Positions 22,984 to 35,295 are shown, counted from the stretch's first letter. The stretch is 64,000 nucleotides of DNA from Psammoneis japonica (GCA_008632985.1 QPGO01000127.1:124001-188000); one strand, 5' to 3'. Notes: generated from the letters alone by a model not told the origin. Numbers and translations are program-made.

Positions 22984-23052
22984 GAAGGGGTTGCCAAATG
23001 GATGCAATTGCCATGACAGACCACAGACTGCACTGCACAACAAAAACCATGC

Positions 23053-23317
23053 TCCACCCTGTTCAAACTCTCAGCAGGCAAAGAAACATTTCATGAACAC
23101 TGTTGCCACTCTGGATGACATCCCTGTGGCCCATGCACAAAATCTGTGTGTGGCCAGTCCAGTGCTGAAAAGGCCCTGTGGAAATCCACCCTGTTCAAAC
23201 TCTCAGCAGGCAAAGAAACATTTCATGAATGCTGTTGCCACTCTGGATGACATCCCTGCAGCCCATGCACAAAATCTTGTGTGTGGCCAGTCCAGTGCTG
23301 AAAAGGCCCTGTGGGAA
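23053..23317 (+). repeat. 132-bp tandem duplication
   Basis: Units start at 23053 and 23185 (tccaccctgttcaaactctcagcaggcaaagaaacatttcatgaa...). Confidence 0.95.
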
Positions 23318-25236
23318 CCATCATGTCCAACCTGGGTGGCGGATGAGACCAAACATGGCACAATGACTGGCCAAGCAAGGTGCGAGAGAGCACAAGGAAT
23401 GTGGTTCATGTCATCACAACCCAAGACAGTCTCTGAAGAATCACAGCAATTTCAAAAATGTGTCATTTGGAGACATCTGATCCCCAATGTTTTAGAAAGA
23501 CATTTGTGAAATCAGCACCAAGGCACAGAGAACAGATGGCTGATGGATGGGGCACACACAAGTGGATGAATCGGCAAAGCCAGCCCATCCTCAGTTTTTT
23601 GCATTTGAGGTTTGTTGTGCTGGTTGTGTGTGGAAGCCTTGTGGACAGTGCAGCCAAATCCAAGTCTCCCTCTGCTTTTTTCTTTTTCCCCCCAGCCCAC
23701 CCCTTCAACCTGACAAAGTGCACAGAGGGCTCAGGACAGATCTGCAGTGGTGGTCCTGATGTGGTCCAAAAACCAGGCACAGTCAAAAGCACCCTTCTTC
23801 CCAGTTTTGCAGTCATTGCTCTCATGGACACAAGCAGCAAGGGTGAGGCCACATTGCCCCATGATGACATTGAAAAAGGCAAGAAGGTCTTCATCAAGCT
23901 GGCGCAATTCTTTGGTGACATGGGTCTTCACCAGCTCCTCTGGCTCATGTTGGCGCAGACAGTTGCCGGCATTGTCAATGGCTTGCACTCCTGCTTTCTC
24001 TTCTGCTGATGGTTTTGTGCCAAGGGCTTCCTTGGCATGGTGTGGTGTTGGTGCCTGTGGGCACTTGCACTTGGGGTTGACAAACATGCCCTTGAAGAGA
24101 GAACGCGTGTGTCATTCGGGTGTGTGTTCTTTGCCAGTGAACTCTTCAAGCTTGAGAGGATGGCCCTAAACTGGTTGGGGTTGGATGACAAACCTTGTTG
24201 CACGCGTTGATTGTCATTCAGTGCATTTTGTTGGTTCCTTTGATTCTGTCCACCTTGATTTTGGCAACCCTGTCCTTGGCTCCCATTGTTGCCTGGACAA
24301 ACGGGTGGGCTGTTGGTTGTCCTGCCATGGCATTGTCACTGGCAGGTGGGGGTTGAGCACTGTTGGCACTCATTCTCTGTGTGGTGCATTCCACATTCCT
24401 GGGATTGCAGCAGATGGGATCATTTGTGGGGCATTGCCCTGCTTGAGTGTCACACATGATGACCACCCTGGTGGCCATGAAACCTGCAACAGCGCCAGCA
24501 CTGCCAGCTGTGATGTGGGTTCATTTGAACCTGCTGACTCTGTCACCCCCTGGGAGACCCTTGTGCATGTTGCAGTCCTGCCAGGTTGCCCATGTTGGTC
24601 CAGTGCCTCCAGAGGAGTCAAGGGAGTCTGTGAGCATTGCCAGTCATTCAGCAAGTGCAATGTTCAGATGGTGAGCGCTTTAAGCTCTTTGGACAGTGCC
24701 GCCATCTCAGAGTTGTTCCGCATCCAGAGTTTGTGCTTTCTTACTTCGGCGGTTCTTCAAAATTGATTCCAAAATGAAAACAAGTTGATTTCTTTTGCGT
24801 GACTGTCACACGGCGCGTTCAGCTCCATACCTTTCAGTCAGAAGGAAGAGTAAACAACAATCAGCTGTCCATCTTAATTTGTTACGCAATAGAATGAGAC
24901 GAACCCATGGTCATCATCTCATTCGATACGATTGTTCTTTGGGCATGAGGTCGACGTGGTCCTCGTCTGAGCCGTCCAGCTCTATCAGTTAGCCTAAGGT
25001 ACTTCTCCGCTTACGGTGTCTCGGTAAGCCAGTCTACAGCGGCCAAGTCCAGTACTTTTGGGAGAATGTCATTGAAAGGTCAATGTAATCATGTAATCTA
25101 TGTACGGCGGTAACCCGTTCTCTCACTACTCGATGGTGCATTCGTAAGTTGCTCATTCATGCATTCAATCAAGATGCTCCATAAAGTGTTTCTTAATAGT
25201 TGAACTACTACTATGCATGCCTATCGATACTTCTTG

Positions 25237-26385
25237 TCAGTAGTCGTCGAGGTCAAGATCATCTTCCAGGCGTTTTCGGATATGCCTGTTCCACCGTCTC
25301 AGCTCAGATGGCGGGACAGCGTGGCAGCCAAGATTTTCAAATACAGTCCACATCTCGTCCATGTCTTGGGCAGTAAGTAAGCGAATGCCATGCCATTTGA
25401 AACTCTGATATAGACAGGATCCTGGCGCCGTCTCTTCATCTTTATCTGTTCGGATGTGCGCCCAGCTCCCGCTGATTTGCTTGACAAAATGTTCCTTGCA
25501 ATGCACATCACAAAATTCTTGATACTCTTGAAGCTCGTCACAGGTCAAGCCTTGGATACCAGCACGCTGCAAAGCGTCCAGGTGCAAGTGTCTCGAAGTT
25601 CTCCATTCCACACCAATGAAGCCTTCACGACCAAACATTTCAATGCGTATTGCTCTCAAAGGAGGAAGCTCGCAAGTCTTTTCATGATGTGGTAAGGTAA
25701 AGTATTGATAAAACATTCTGTACGGGATCAATTGCCGGGTTCTAACCTCCACGTGAACCTGACCGGCGTCGAGACAATCCACTGGAGAGCAGTGAATTTG
25801 TCCACAGCGCTGACACGGACTATCTAGATCCGGATTATTGCACAATATAACCTCGGCAATACCACCCTCTAAATGATTGTGAATGAATTTGTGTGGATAC
25901 GTTACCCAAATAAAGTCACCTTCCTTGTGTTCGCCCAAACCTTGTCCATGGATTGCAGGCCATGTGTGTATTGAAATCATTGATATTGGCGTCCCGTCAT
26001 TCAGTGCATCACGCGGTTGTTGGTCAATCCAGTCAGCCCGGAATACTTTTGTTTGATTTGGCTGCAGCCGTATCCCATCCGGAAACCTCGGAAGAAAGGA
26101 CTGAATCCTGCATTTAAGGACACTTGCCAAGTCCGGTGTTGTCGTCGTTGTTGTCTCAATGGCATCATCAACTTGCCCCTGATCCTGCTGTACTAGCGTC
26201 GTCGACTCTGCTAACGCAGCCTCGACTGAGTGAGATATCTCCATAACCAACAACAGTTCCCATGTCCGGAATGTCAACGGATGATGGACGGCAAGTTCTT
26301 CTTCTTCTTCATGGTGGTGAGTTCTTGCACCATTGGCTGCCTCACTGGCATTTGCTTCTTCGGCACGTTTCTCTTCAGTCTCCAT
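25237..26385 (-). CDS. Hypothetical protein (382 aa)
   Basis: Long ATG-initiated ORF with normal dinucleotide and amino-acid composition, between two decayed domains. No family recognised. Confidence 0.7.
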   Translation of the reverse strand: METEEKRAEEANASEAANGARTHHHEEEEELAVHHPLTFRTWELLLVMEISHSVEAALAESTTLVQQDQGQVDDAIETTTTTTPDLASVLKCRIQSFLPRFPDGIRLQPNQTKVFRADWIDQQPRDALNDGTPISMISIHTWPAIHGQGLGEHKEGDFIWVTYPHKFIHNHLEGGIAEVILCNNPDLDSPCQRCGQIHCSPVDCLDAGQVHVEVRTRQLIPYRMFYQYFTLPHHEKTCELPPLRAIRIEMFGREGFIGVEWRTSRHLHLDALQRAGIQGLTCDELQEYQEFCDVHCKEHFVKQISGSWAHIRTDKDEETAPGSCLYQSFKWHGIRLLTAQDMDEMWTVFENLGCHAVPPSELRRWNRHIRKRLEDDLDLDDY

Positions 26386-26764
26386 AGCGTCCGATCAAAA
26401 ATGGTAGATATGGGAAAACGAGATCAGCCTTTTATTCACTTGTTTGGTTCGTTCCAACTACTTAGGTCGACCACAATCACAATTACATTAGATGCGGTCG
26501 AAAAAGCAACAATCAGCCTTTCAAAATATGCAAAATCAACACCAATTGGCATCGGCGAGAGCATCAGAAGAGGGGTATCTCGTATCTCGCGACAAGGCAC
26601 TGGACTCAAGAAAGAGCTTTTTCGACTCGGACTTGATGAGCGGAATGTAATCTGTTTGGACTGTTGTCCCGACAGAAAAACAAACTTGCTTAAATGCACA
26701 CTCACCGGCGTCACAACGGCATTACGCCAAGATCTCACTGATGGGAAAGCTCTGCCGGCATGTA

Positions 26765-28728
26765 GACTGACCGCTCTGCGCTGCACGTCCCAGGCGGGAT
26801 CGGCTCCCACCTCCGACAGACCAAGAGTGGCGATGCCGGCCCGAAGTTGTGCAGTGTCCTCCTGGATGACGACATTGCGCTGCGACACAAATTTCCACTT
26901 GTGGTTGCTCCAGGAAGCCCCTCCAAGGTGGGTTGTTCCGTGGGTTCAGAAAATTGAGGATGATTCCAAGCCTGCCTGGCGATGAGGAAGATGCCTCACC
27001 ACAGGAGTGTGTTGAGGATGGCAGTGGAACCCAGAGTTGTGCAGATGCAGTGAGCGGTTTAGAGCATCTGGAAGATGGCCAAACAACATCTTCCGTCATT
27101 GGCACACCATCTTCTGGCAACAGAGTCGGGAATGTCCGCCATGCAGGAGATCACAAAGATCTCAAAGACCAAATTTCTAGAAGCAGATCAACCACAAAAG
27201 AGCAAGGAGATCACTCCTCTCGTTCCTTTGCAGAGACCCAAAAGCAATTGAAAAATTGCTTGAGAGTTTCAGTCTGCTGCTTCTGTCATGGACTTTTGCT
27301 TCATGGGCAGAGTTGGAAGTGAGCAGACATTCTGTTCCAATGTTTCACTGCCATCCTGTCCTTTGCACATGACTCCATCTGCAGACGAGCTGAGATGTGA
27401 GAACTGAGCCAACTGCAAATCCAGATGCATGATCTCCAAGCCAATGATGATTGAGCTCTGAACCAGATCATCTCCACCTCGTCCACCGACAGAGCCAACA
27501 GAGAGAGCAGAGAGGCAAGTTGCCAAGATGTGCCCAGGTGACTGGCAATCAACATTGTCTTGCAACAAGTCAGAGTTGCTCATGGGAGGCTCAGATTGAT
27601 CCCCTGGCCAAGCAGTCCACAGACCTGCCCAGGTCATCATGAAAGTGCAGCCCTGCTTGTCAGCATCTTGCAAGCCACATCCAGGTCAAATTTTTCTGGA
27701 GCTTTCCAGTGTGTGTGCTTGTTGTGCCAAAGCAAAGTTGGCAATGGGCCCAAGAACTTTGTCCCATCATGTGTTGCAAAATGGAGCAACTGTGCTCACA
27801 CAAAATTGTGCTCATCTCAGCAACTGTGAATGGGCTTGCAGTCACCCAGAGCTGACTGCAAGCACACTGGTTGCCAGCCTTTTCCAGAAAGGCACCACAG
27901 CTTGTTTGCTGCAAAAGGATGATTTTGGCAAAAATCAACAACTTTCCTGTTGTGGTGGCAACTTCACAAAATCTGACAATTGGAGGCCAAAGCACAAGCT
28001 TGCAACCCTGGATGAACAGCTCAGTCTTAATGGCACAAGCATCAGCAGGTAATTTGTTCTCCCCAAGATCATCACACCAGGGGCAGCTGGCTTCAACCAA
28101 AGTCACAACAGCACGCAGATGAGCTCTGGAGGAGGATCCCTGCCATTGCAGATGACACATGTGCCAAGGGAGTGCAAGCCAGCATTGAAGGTTTTGGCAC
28201 TCACAAAAATGGCACAGCGCACATCTGCCTCATGTTTTGGTTTGACACTCTTCACTGTGGTGGTGTGTCAACCACACCTGTCATGTGTGAGTGGATGACC
28301 AGCAAGCCAGGGCCACATGCTGTGTTGATGACAGCCACTGAGTCCATGGCCAGTGCCAGGTCAATTTCCATCAACAGAGAAGAGCCATGTGGATGCTCAC
28401 AGTCCATTGATCAGCACCAGGACTGAGACCAGTTTTGTCAGTTTGGAGGAGTTGAGTGTGAGATTGAGGTTGGATTTTGAGCAGAGTGCCATCAAAAACA
28501 CCCTCCTTGAGCCAAGCACGTCAAAGGAGGTGAGCATGTCATGTCCTGACCATCACTCATCTTCTGGCAATTGGTTCCTTTGTCAGTGGATCATGGGGCA
28601 GAAGTCTGACTGTGCCAGCCCAGTTTTGTGATGGCCACCAACCTGTGTCGTCTGCACTGCCGCCTGTCAGATGCTGCCTTGTTGCACTTTGGGGCATTGT
28701 GCCGATGCCGAGTTCCAGAGGTGCTCGC
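26765..28728. other. TpA/CpG-depleted decayed domain D
   Basis: TA nearly absent. CG survives only at the edges. Contains repeat copy 2 and most of the VMO-I pseudogene. Confidence 0.88.
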
Positions 28729-28910
28729 ATAATTTCTGCGCCTCACCTGTTGGTGGGCTTCTAACTAGGAAACCTACAAGCAGGAACTACAGGATTCGAT
28801 TTGAGTGCAAGGGAGACAGATCGAAAGCAACCTCAAGATGGTGGCAAGAACTTTTTGTTGAAGATGGGTCAATACTACTTTGTGTCTCTGGCACTGAAAA
28901 ATCACAACTG
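28170..28910 (+). pseudogene. Decayed 3' copy (including 3' flank) of the VMO-I gene at 49497-50702
   Basis: Colinear with ~50110-50857, e.g. tcttctggcaattggttcctttgtcagtgg versus tcttctggtaattggttcctttggcagtgg, and agcaggaactac in both. Has indels and stops. Confidence 0.9.
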
Positions 28911-29492
28911 TCGCACGCTTCCCGGCAGAAGAACTTCAGAAAAGACACAATGCGGAACGTTCTGCCATTGCTCTTGTTGACTGTGACAGCATGCCACGAG
29001 CAAATGCCGTCAGAACCCTGGGCGGTATGCCCATCCATCTCACAGAAATGCGGATGCTCAGAAGGTTTGTCGGCCGCCTCTTGCCGTTTGTGAAGAAGGA
29101 GATGACACGCGGCCTTCGCTTGGAGATTGTATTCTGCGATGCGATGTTGTTGACGACGGTGAGCATTCGGAATGATTTGCCATAGAAATCTGGAGCGCCT
29201 GCTCCCCCGGAATGAAGTTCAGTCCAGAAGGCATTGGCAATCACTTGAGTGTCTGGATGCGATCTGACGTTTTGCAAGGCGCATGGCTTGTATTGCGAAT
29301 CTTGTACTGTGTCCCGATCGTCTTGTCGTACTTTTGCTGCATATCTCAATTCGACGTCACGACGCATCCGACGTATTGGCGAAACAAAGACAATGTTTTG
29401 CGTAATACATGACTTGGACGAGAGGTTGAGCAAAACGAAACTCCAGAGTTCAGCTCGCATACGGTAGGCGTTGTACATGCATAGAATCAACC

Positions 29493-31118
29493 TTATGTAA
29501 AAAACTGCTGTCGCTTCTGTTCACACTCTTTTGTCATTGTCCAACCGCAACATATGTTGTAGTCTCTGTTCTCCAATTCTTGCATGCATATCGGCTCGCG
29601 CGAAAGGCCACATCCGTCCCGCAAAAAATCAAACAGCAGCATGTGAAAGCCTGAACAACAATTTCCAAACACGAGTGATGCATGGAAATGCATTTGTATC
29701 ACGAGTATAGAGTTAAAGAACACATCTTCCGACGAACCCTCAAACTCGCTCGGCCGCCCAGAGTTTTGTATCACGTCCTCGCGATTAATGATAAAATCAA
29801 AGGGCATTTTCAATGACACATTCTTTTGGTAGAGATCAATCTTGTCCATGACACTGCTGTCTTCCGAAGTCACAACAAGGTAAGGACGACGATTAGGGTA
29901 TTTTTCAAACGCTTCGTTTGCCAGTGCCATGTATGCTTCAAATTCCAAGCAAGTGCTTTCGCCTTTGCATTTGTCGCTCCCTCGAATCGGCATTCCCACT
30001 AGTATCGTTTCCGACCGATTGACAGTCGCATTGCGGTGATTTGTAGGTGGCATAATTTCTTCAAGTCGTTTGGTAAGTTTCGTCTTTAGAGAAGGACTCG
30101 GCTGCAACATGTATAGAGAGACGGCATGATGAATCTTGTTTCGAATAAACGCATATTCCCCTTGTCCTCTTTTAGAACTGTTCATTGCAGGAGGCGTGTG
30201 ACTGAGTCTGGCTAGCGCTGCTTCCAATATCTGGGCAAAGGAGGGATCTGTGCTTGTTTGAACAAGGATTTGAACCAGCCAACGCGCTCTCTCGCGCACT
30301 TTCTCTGTTACCTTTGTCATAATTCCTCTTTTGTTGTTTTCGACAGTGTCCCGGAGAAAGTAGTCAAACTCAGCATTCACCACCCGCGCTTCATTAGCTT
30401 CTCTTGGTAATGTAAAGTCATTATGCATATTTGGAGATTGCGTCAGGTTCAGCAGATATGGATCTTTTGTTAGATTCGTCATGTTGCAGTGTGTAGTCGG
30501 AGCAAATTGCCAGGGGACTTGTTTGATGCGTTGCCAGTCAGTGGCATGGGTAAAATACGGAATCCGGTCCATTGAAAGCGCAACGAAGAATGGGGGGACA
30601 GCAAATCCTCTTAGCGTGGCGCCCAAACCAAGACCCGGAAGCGCTGACACCAAGTACTTTGCTTGTCGACAGTCGTATTGAGGAGTTGGGCTGCCAAATT
30701 GTCCCGATGGTTTCCCTCCCGCTTCTAATACTGGCCTATGAAGCATATCATAAATGCTCAGGTAAATAAGCCTAAATTCCCAATCATCGACTTGGCTATC
30801 ATTTGACGCATTCCTTGTGTTTTCTCCGTGTATGAAAGTCCGGAAAGGACTTTCTTCATGGCATATTGTGTTTCCCAAAATTGACTCAATTGCTTCCAAC
30901 AACTCCTTTGTTTCCTCTGAGTTCAATATTACATCTTTATTTGGTGAAATCTGTATCGGCAATCCTTTTTCCGGTTTGTTGGTTGTAATTGCTTCAGTTT
31001 CTCTACTACTCCAAGCAGGCAGCACCGTTGTCAATTGAGGACCGACCGTAACTTGCAGTAGCACCACAGTCACAATACACAGAAGCACCAGAAAGTTGAT
31101 CCTAACCGTGTTGTTCAT
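29493..31118 (-). CDS. Type II membrane glycosyltransferase, alpha-1,6-fucosyltransferase (GT23/FUT8/NodZ)-like, paralog 1
   Basis: N-terminal TM; GLGLGA; VGMPIRGSDKC (compare VGxHxRxxDK); YLVVTSED; FGNCCSGF. Intact frame. Confidence 0.7.
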   Translation of the reverse strand: MNNTVRINFLVLLCIVTVVLLQVTVGPQLTTVLPAWSSRETEAITTNKPEKGLPIQISPNKDVILNSEETKELLEAIESILGNTICHEESPFRTFIHGENTRNASNDSQVDDWEFRLIYLSIYDMLHRPVLEAGGKPSGQFGSPTPQYDCRQAKYLVSALPGLGLGATLRGFAVPPFFVALSMDRIPYFTHATDWQRIKQVPWQFAPTTHCNMTNLTKDPYLLNLTQSPNMHNDFTLPREANEARVVNAEFDYFLRDTVENNKRGIMTKVTEKVRERARWLVQILVQTSTDPSFAQILEAALARLSHTPPAMNSSKRGQGEYAFIRNKIHHAVSLYMLQPSPSLKTKLTKRLEEIMPPTNHRNATVNRSETILVGMPIRGSDKCKGESTCLEFEAYMALANEAFEKYPNRRPYLVVTSEDSSVMDKIDLYQKNVSLKMPFDFIINREDVIQNSGRPSEFEGSSEDVFFNSILVIQMHFHASLVFGNCCSGFHMLLFDFLRDGCGLSREPICMQELENRDYNICCGWTMTKECEQKRQQFFT

Positions 31119-31787
31119 GACAAACAAATTCTCTTGCCTCTACTATTGTCAATTACATCCCTGCACCCACAACACAACCAGGTATGGAAAACACAACAAA
31201 CAACTCGGCAAAATTGAAAAAAATGAAAAAAAGCAAGAAGAAAATCAATTCACGAACGTGACTGAAAATCATTCTGACGTCACTCTTGTATCCCAACCTG
31301 ACCTACCACGCGCGCGGGCGACGCGCGCTTTCGGCCGATGCGGAACATTGCGTGTTTGAACTAACAAGTTTGAATCCAAATTGAGGCACACCTACCTACC
31401 AGCCATGTTGGAGATGGAACTAGCTAGAACTGGATCGGCGATACCCCTTCCAGAAAATGACATCAGAGGGAGGGAGGACTGCAACGGACGGATCAGGGCA
31501 TGTTGCAATGACTAGACTTCCAACGAGAAAAAAGAAAGCCTGAAGTAACGAACATTTAGGAGCTAGAACAGCACTGTCACAGGACATTTCTTAGTAGATT
31601 AGATGCCATTAAGATGTCCAGTTCTTCTCTACTCTAGAGCGCCCTAAATGACGTATGCGACACATCACTTGACTTTCTGGGAAAGCTGCACAGCTCTCCC
31701 AACTAGCTGAGCTCGACCTACTTCGAATTGCAATTGCGTACCGCATTCCAATTTCGATAATACGGCGAATCTCTAGTAGCTAGCCGG

Positions 31788-31936
31788 CAGAACAAGACCA
31801 TTGTAGATCCACTGAGTATCATGCCAAGTTGAGCTGACAGCATCGTCTTTGTAGTACTCTGGCTAACAGAACAAAACCGTCGCAGGTCCACTGAGTATCA
31901 TGCCAAGTTGAGCTGGCAGCGTCGTCTTTGTAGTAC
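31788..31936 (+). repeat. 70-bp direct repeat, period 79
   Basis: 31788-31857 versus 31867-31936, 7 differences, all transitions. Confidence 0.9.
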
Positions 31937-32076
31937 CGACGGGTTCCGAGTATGATATATCGTAGAAAGATCTTGGTTGTGCATCTTTCTGGAGGTGCAA
32001 TTGCTGTTCAATGATACTTCTTTTCTCCCATTCCCCTGAGAGGATTGACTGTGGATAAGCTGCGAACCACCCGAGC

Positions 32077-33591
32077 TCACTTCTGTGAAAAATACTGTTT
32101 TCGATGCTCTTGGCACTCACGGGTCATTGTCCAAACGCAACACATGTTGTATTCTCTATTCTCCAGGTCCTGTAGACAGGTCTGATCTGTTGAAAGGCCA
32201 CATCCTTCCCGCGCAAAATCAAAGAGCAACATATGAAAGTTGGAACAGCAATTTCCAAACAAAAGCGTTGCATGAAGTTGCATCTGAATTGCAAGCAACG
32301 AATTGAACCAAACGTCCTCGGACGACCCAGCAAATCTTCTTGGCTTTCCAGAATTCTGTGACACATCGTTACGATTCACTATGAAATCAAAAGAGGCCGA
32401 CGAGTTGTATGAATCAATGTCGTTCATAATGGAGCTGGCCTCAGAAGTCACAATGAGGTGTGGGCGCTGATTGGGATATTTTGCGAACGTTTCGTTCGCC
32501 AACGCCATGTATGTTTCAAATTTAAGCACGTGCTCTCTCTTATGCATTTGTCACTTCCTCGAATCGGCAGTCCCACAAGTGTCTTTCCTGTAGTGGTATC
32601 CGCACTTGGCATGATTGTTTCGAGTCGTTGTGCTAGTTTCGTCTTGACAGAGGGACTCGGCTGCATCAGATAAAGAGACACGGCATGATGAAACTTGTTA
32701 AAAATAAAGGAATACTCTTCTTGTCCCTGTTTCTCGTAATTCATTGCCGGAGGTGTATGATTGAGCTTTGCAAGAGCTTGTTCTAATACTTGAACAAAGG
32801 ACGGGTCTGTGACGGTTTGGACAAGTTCTTGCACCAACCAGCTAGCTCTTTCGGACACCTTTCGTGTTACCCTGGTCATAATTCCTCTTGTGTTCTGTTC
32901 GATGTCATCTCGAATGTCAAAGCCATAGTCAGCCTTCACCGCCTGTATTTCATGTACATCGTTTGGTAAAGTAAAGTCGTTCTGAACACTGGGGAGTTGC
33001 GTCTTGTTCAACATATAAATATCTTTTGTTAGATTCGTCATGCCGCAGTGAGTTGTAGGAGCAAATTGCCAGGGGACTTGTTTGATGTGATGCCATACAG
33101 GGGCATGGGTTAAATACGGATCCGACCCATTGAAAGCGCAAGAAAGAATTGCGGAACAGCATATGCTCGCAATGTCGCACCCAAACCTAGACCCAGAACG
33201 GTTGACACCAAGTACTTGGCTTGGTGACACTCATATTGAGGGGTGGGGTTTCCAAACTGCCCCAATGGTTTTCCTCCCGCTCCTAGTACTGGTCGGTGTA
33301 GCATATCATAAATACTCAGGTAAATCATCTTGAATTCCCATGCCTCAATTTGAATGATATCTGATGCGTTCCAAATTTGTTTTTCTGGCATGAGAGTTCG
33401 GAAAGAACTTTTTTCGTGACACATTGTGCTTCCCAAAATAGATGTAATGTTTTCGAACAACTTTGTTCTTTCGGCTTTCCGCTCTCAATCATCTCGTCCG
33501 TCCATTGCAGGGCAGTCAACTCAGGTCCGTTGGCGAGTTGTAATATAACCTCCAGCAGCACCAGGATTTTGAGCCAATCTGTACACTTCAT
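32077..33591 (-). pseudogene. GT23-like paralog 2 with three 1-nt frameshifts (pseudogene or assembly indels)
   Basis: Four ORF pieces (33591-, 33460-, 33230-, 32547-) tile the paralog 1 protein. Breaks near 33460, 33120 and 32523. Confidence 0.75.
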
Positions 33592-34036
33592 GGCAAACAA
33601 TTTGTCTTAAGCTTCATTTTCATCGCAAAAGAGAATGAAAATTGCAATGCACAATCAAAATAAAGAGAGCGCCGATACAATGTAAAGAGATTGAAAGAAG
33701 TTCGGCGTTGCAACAGAAGCGACACAAGCAAAAGACAAAACAGAAGCGAGAGCACAACAGACAACACACAACACGCACCGATCGCGATGCAAGAAAAAAA
33801 TTGAAAAATCTTCGACGGCTAAAGCACATATGCCCAAACAATATAGTCAGACACTTTCCATCTAAACATTGTGTGGAAGCGCATGTTTCAAAAAGGTCAA
33901 AAGATCAGAAAAAGGTTTAACTTATGCTACGGTAGTCTTAAAAACAGATAATGTAGATTTTGGTGTCTCGTTGACGTACATACTAACAAGTACATGTAGT
34001 ATTTCCTCTGCGCTGACGCAGTTATTTGAGTTCAGA

Positions 34037-35295
34037 CTAAAGCTCTTCCTTCGCTCCTAAAACTTTGGCGCATTGCGGGTTCGTCATTATCATGGTCTTG
34101 CCCTCTGATGATCGCCCCGGTCGGATGGCATCCCTAACTGCATCCGTGACTCGCTCCAGCGGAAAGACCTTACCGGTTTGCGGCACTAAGACACCCGACT
34201 TGAGGTAGTTCATGGAAGTTCTCATGAAGTTGCGTCTTTCAGCCAGAGATCGATCTTCCATATCATGTTTGAGCCAGTATCCTTTACTTGTCACTCTGCG
34301 GAAGACTCTTGCTGCAACAGATCCTGAACAGTCCATGCCTCCTAAAGCTCCATAAACGAGTACAGTTCCTCCATCCCGTACAGCCGTTTCTAATATGGCT
34401 GTCATATCTCCTGCGACAGGATCAATGGCTCCGTATGCGCCATGTCCCTCAGTAATGGCCATCACGCGCTCCACAATATCTTCACCATCCGCCGTACAGA
34501 TGACGTGATTGTCATTTTCCGACGATCCTAATTTCTGGAGCTCTTCGACTTGTTCACACCGGCGCACGGTTGAAATGACATGCAGACCCCGTGCGTTGGC
34601 AATTTGAACAAGCTGTTTTCCCAGCGAGCTTCCTCCAGCTGCTTGGAGAACGTACGATCCTTGCGGGGCATCCATCACATCGAGCATGCCGATGGCTGTA
34701 AGAGGGTTGTTGATCGATTGAGCTGCACTGGTATCATCAACTGAATCCGGCACCAAAATAACGTTTTCAACGGGAACAATCACGTATTCCGCCCAGGATC
34801 CTCCGTCTTGGGCATGGCATCAGAATCCATTATATGAGGCACGACGCGACTTCCAACTTTCAAACCCTTGAGGTCCAACGGTATATTGGTTTCAGGACCA
34901 ATTGCAGCAACGACTCCAGTTCCCTCCATCCCCGCCACGGCAGGCATAGATGTAGGAACAAAACCAGGATAAACACCCATCAACACGTACATTTCGGCAA
35001 AATGTACCGGCATGTAGGTCATGCGCACCAAGAGTTCGCCCTCTTCGGGAACTGGAATGTCCGTCTCAACAACTTTGACTGTTGAAAGAGGATCTAAAAG
35101 GAAGGCAACATAACAGTAGGTAAGCCAAGTTGCGTACGCAACGACAGTCCAAGGGGTATTCATGACTTTCGTACCTTCGGAATTGAATTCCTCAATGACA
35201 ACTTGCTTCATCTTTCCGTCTCCAGCGCAGCCTTCGTTTGCAATGGCATAGCCAAAGAGAATGACTGAAACGACGGAAAGGCAAGTAAAGTGCAT
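34037..35295 (-). CDS. Medium-chain dehydrogenase/reductase (enoyl-reductase/quinone-oxidoreductase-like) with signal peptide
   Basis: P.P.EGELLVRM...PVH, GVYP, PAVAGMEGTGVV, GSWAEY, INNPLTA, AAGGSSLGKQLVQ, VLVYG. In-frame intron 35174-35094; 1-nt frameshift near 34809. Confidence 0.85.

Larger units (their letters stand above)
19372..24830. other. TpA/CpG-depleted decayed domain C
   Basis: By eye only ~15-20 TA in ~5.4 kb and few CG. Contains a 132-bp tandem duplication and a ~660-bp dispersed duplication. Confidence 0.9.

Noticed and set aside
26230..26985. 251-aa plus-strand ORF
   Set aside because: Overlaps the start of the minus-strand gene, runs into domain D and has no recognisable motif; probably the remains of a decaying locus.
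31788..31936. Repeat-spacer-repeat pattern as a CRISPR array
   Set aside because: Only two units, 70 bp long, in a eukaryotic context with no cas genes.
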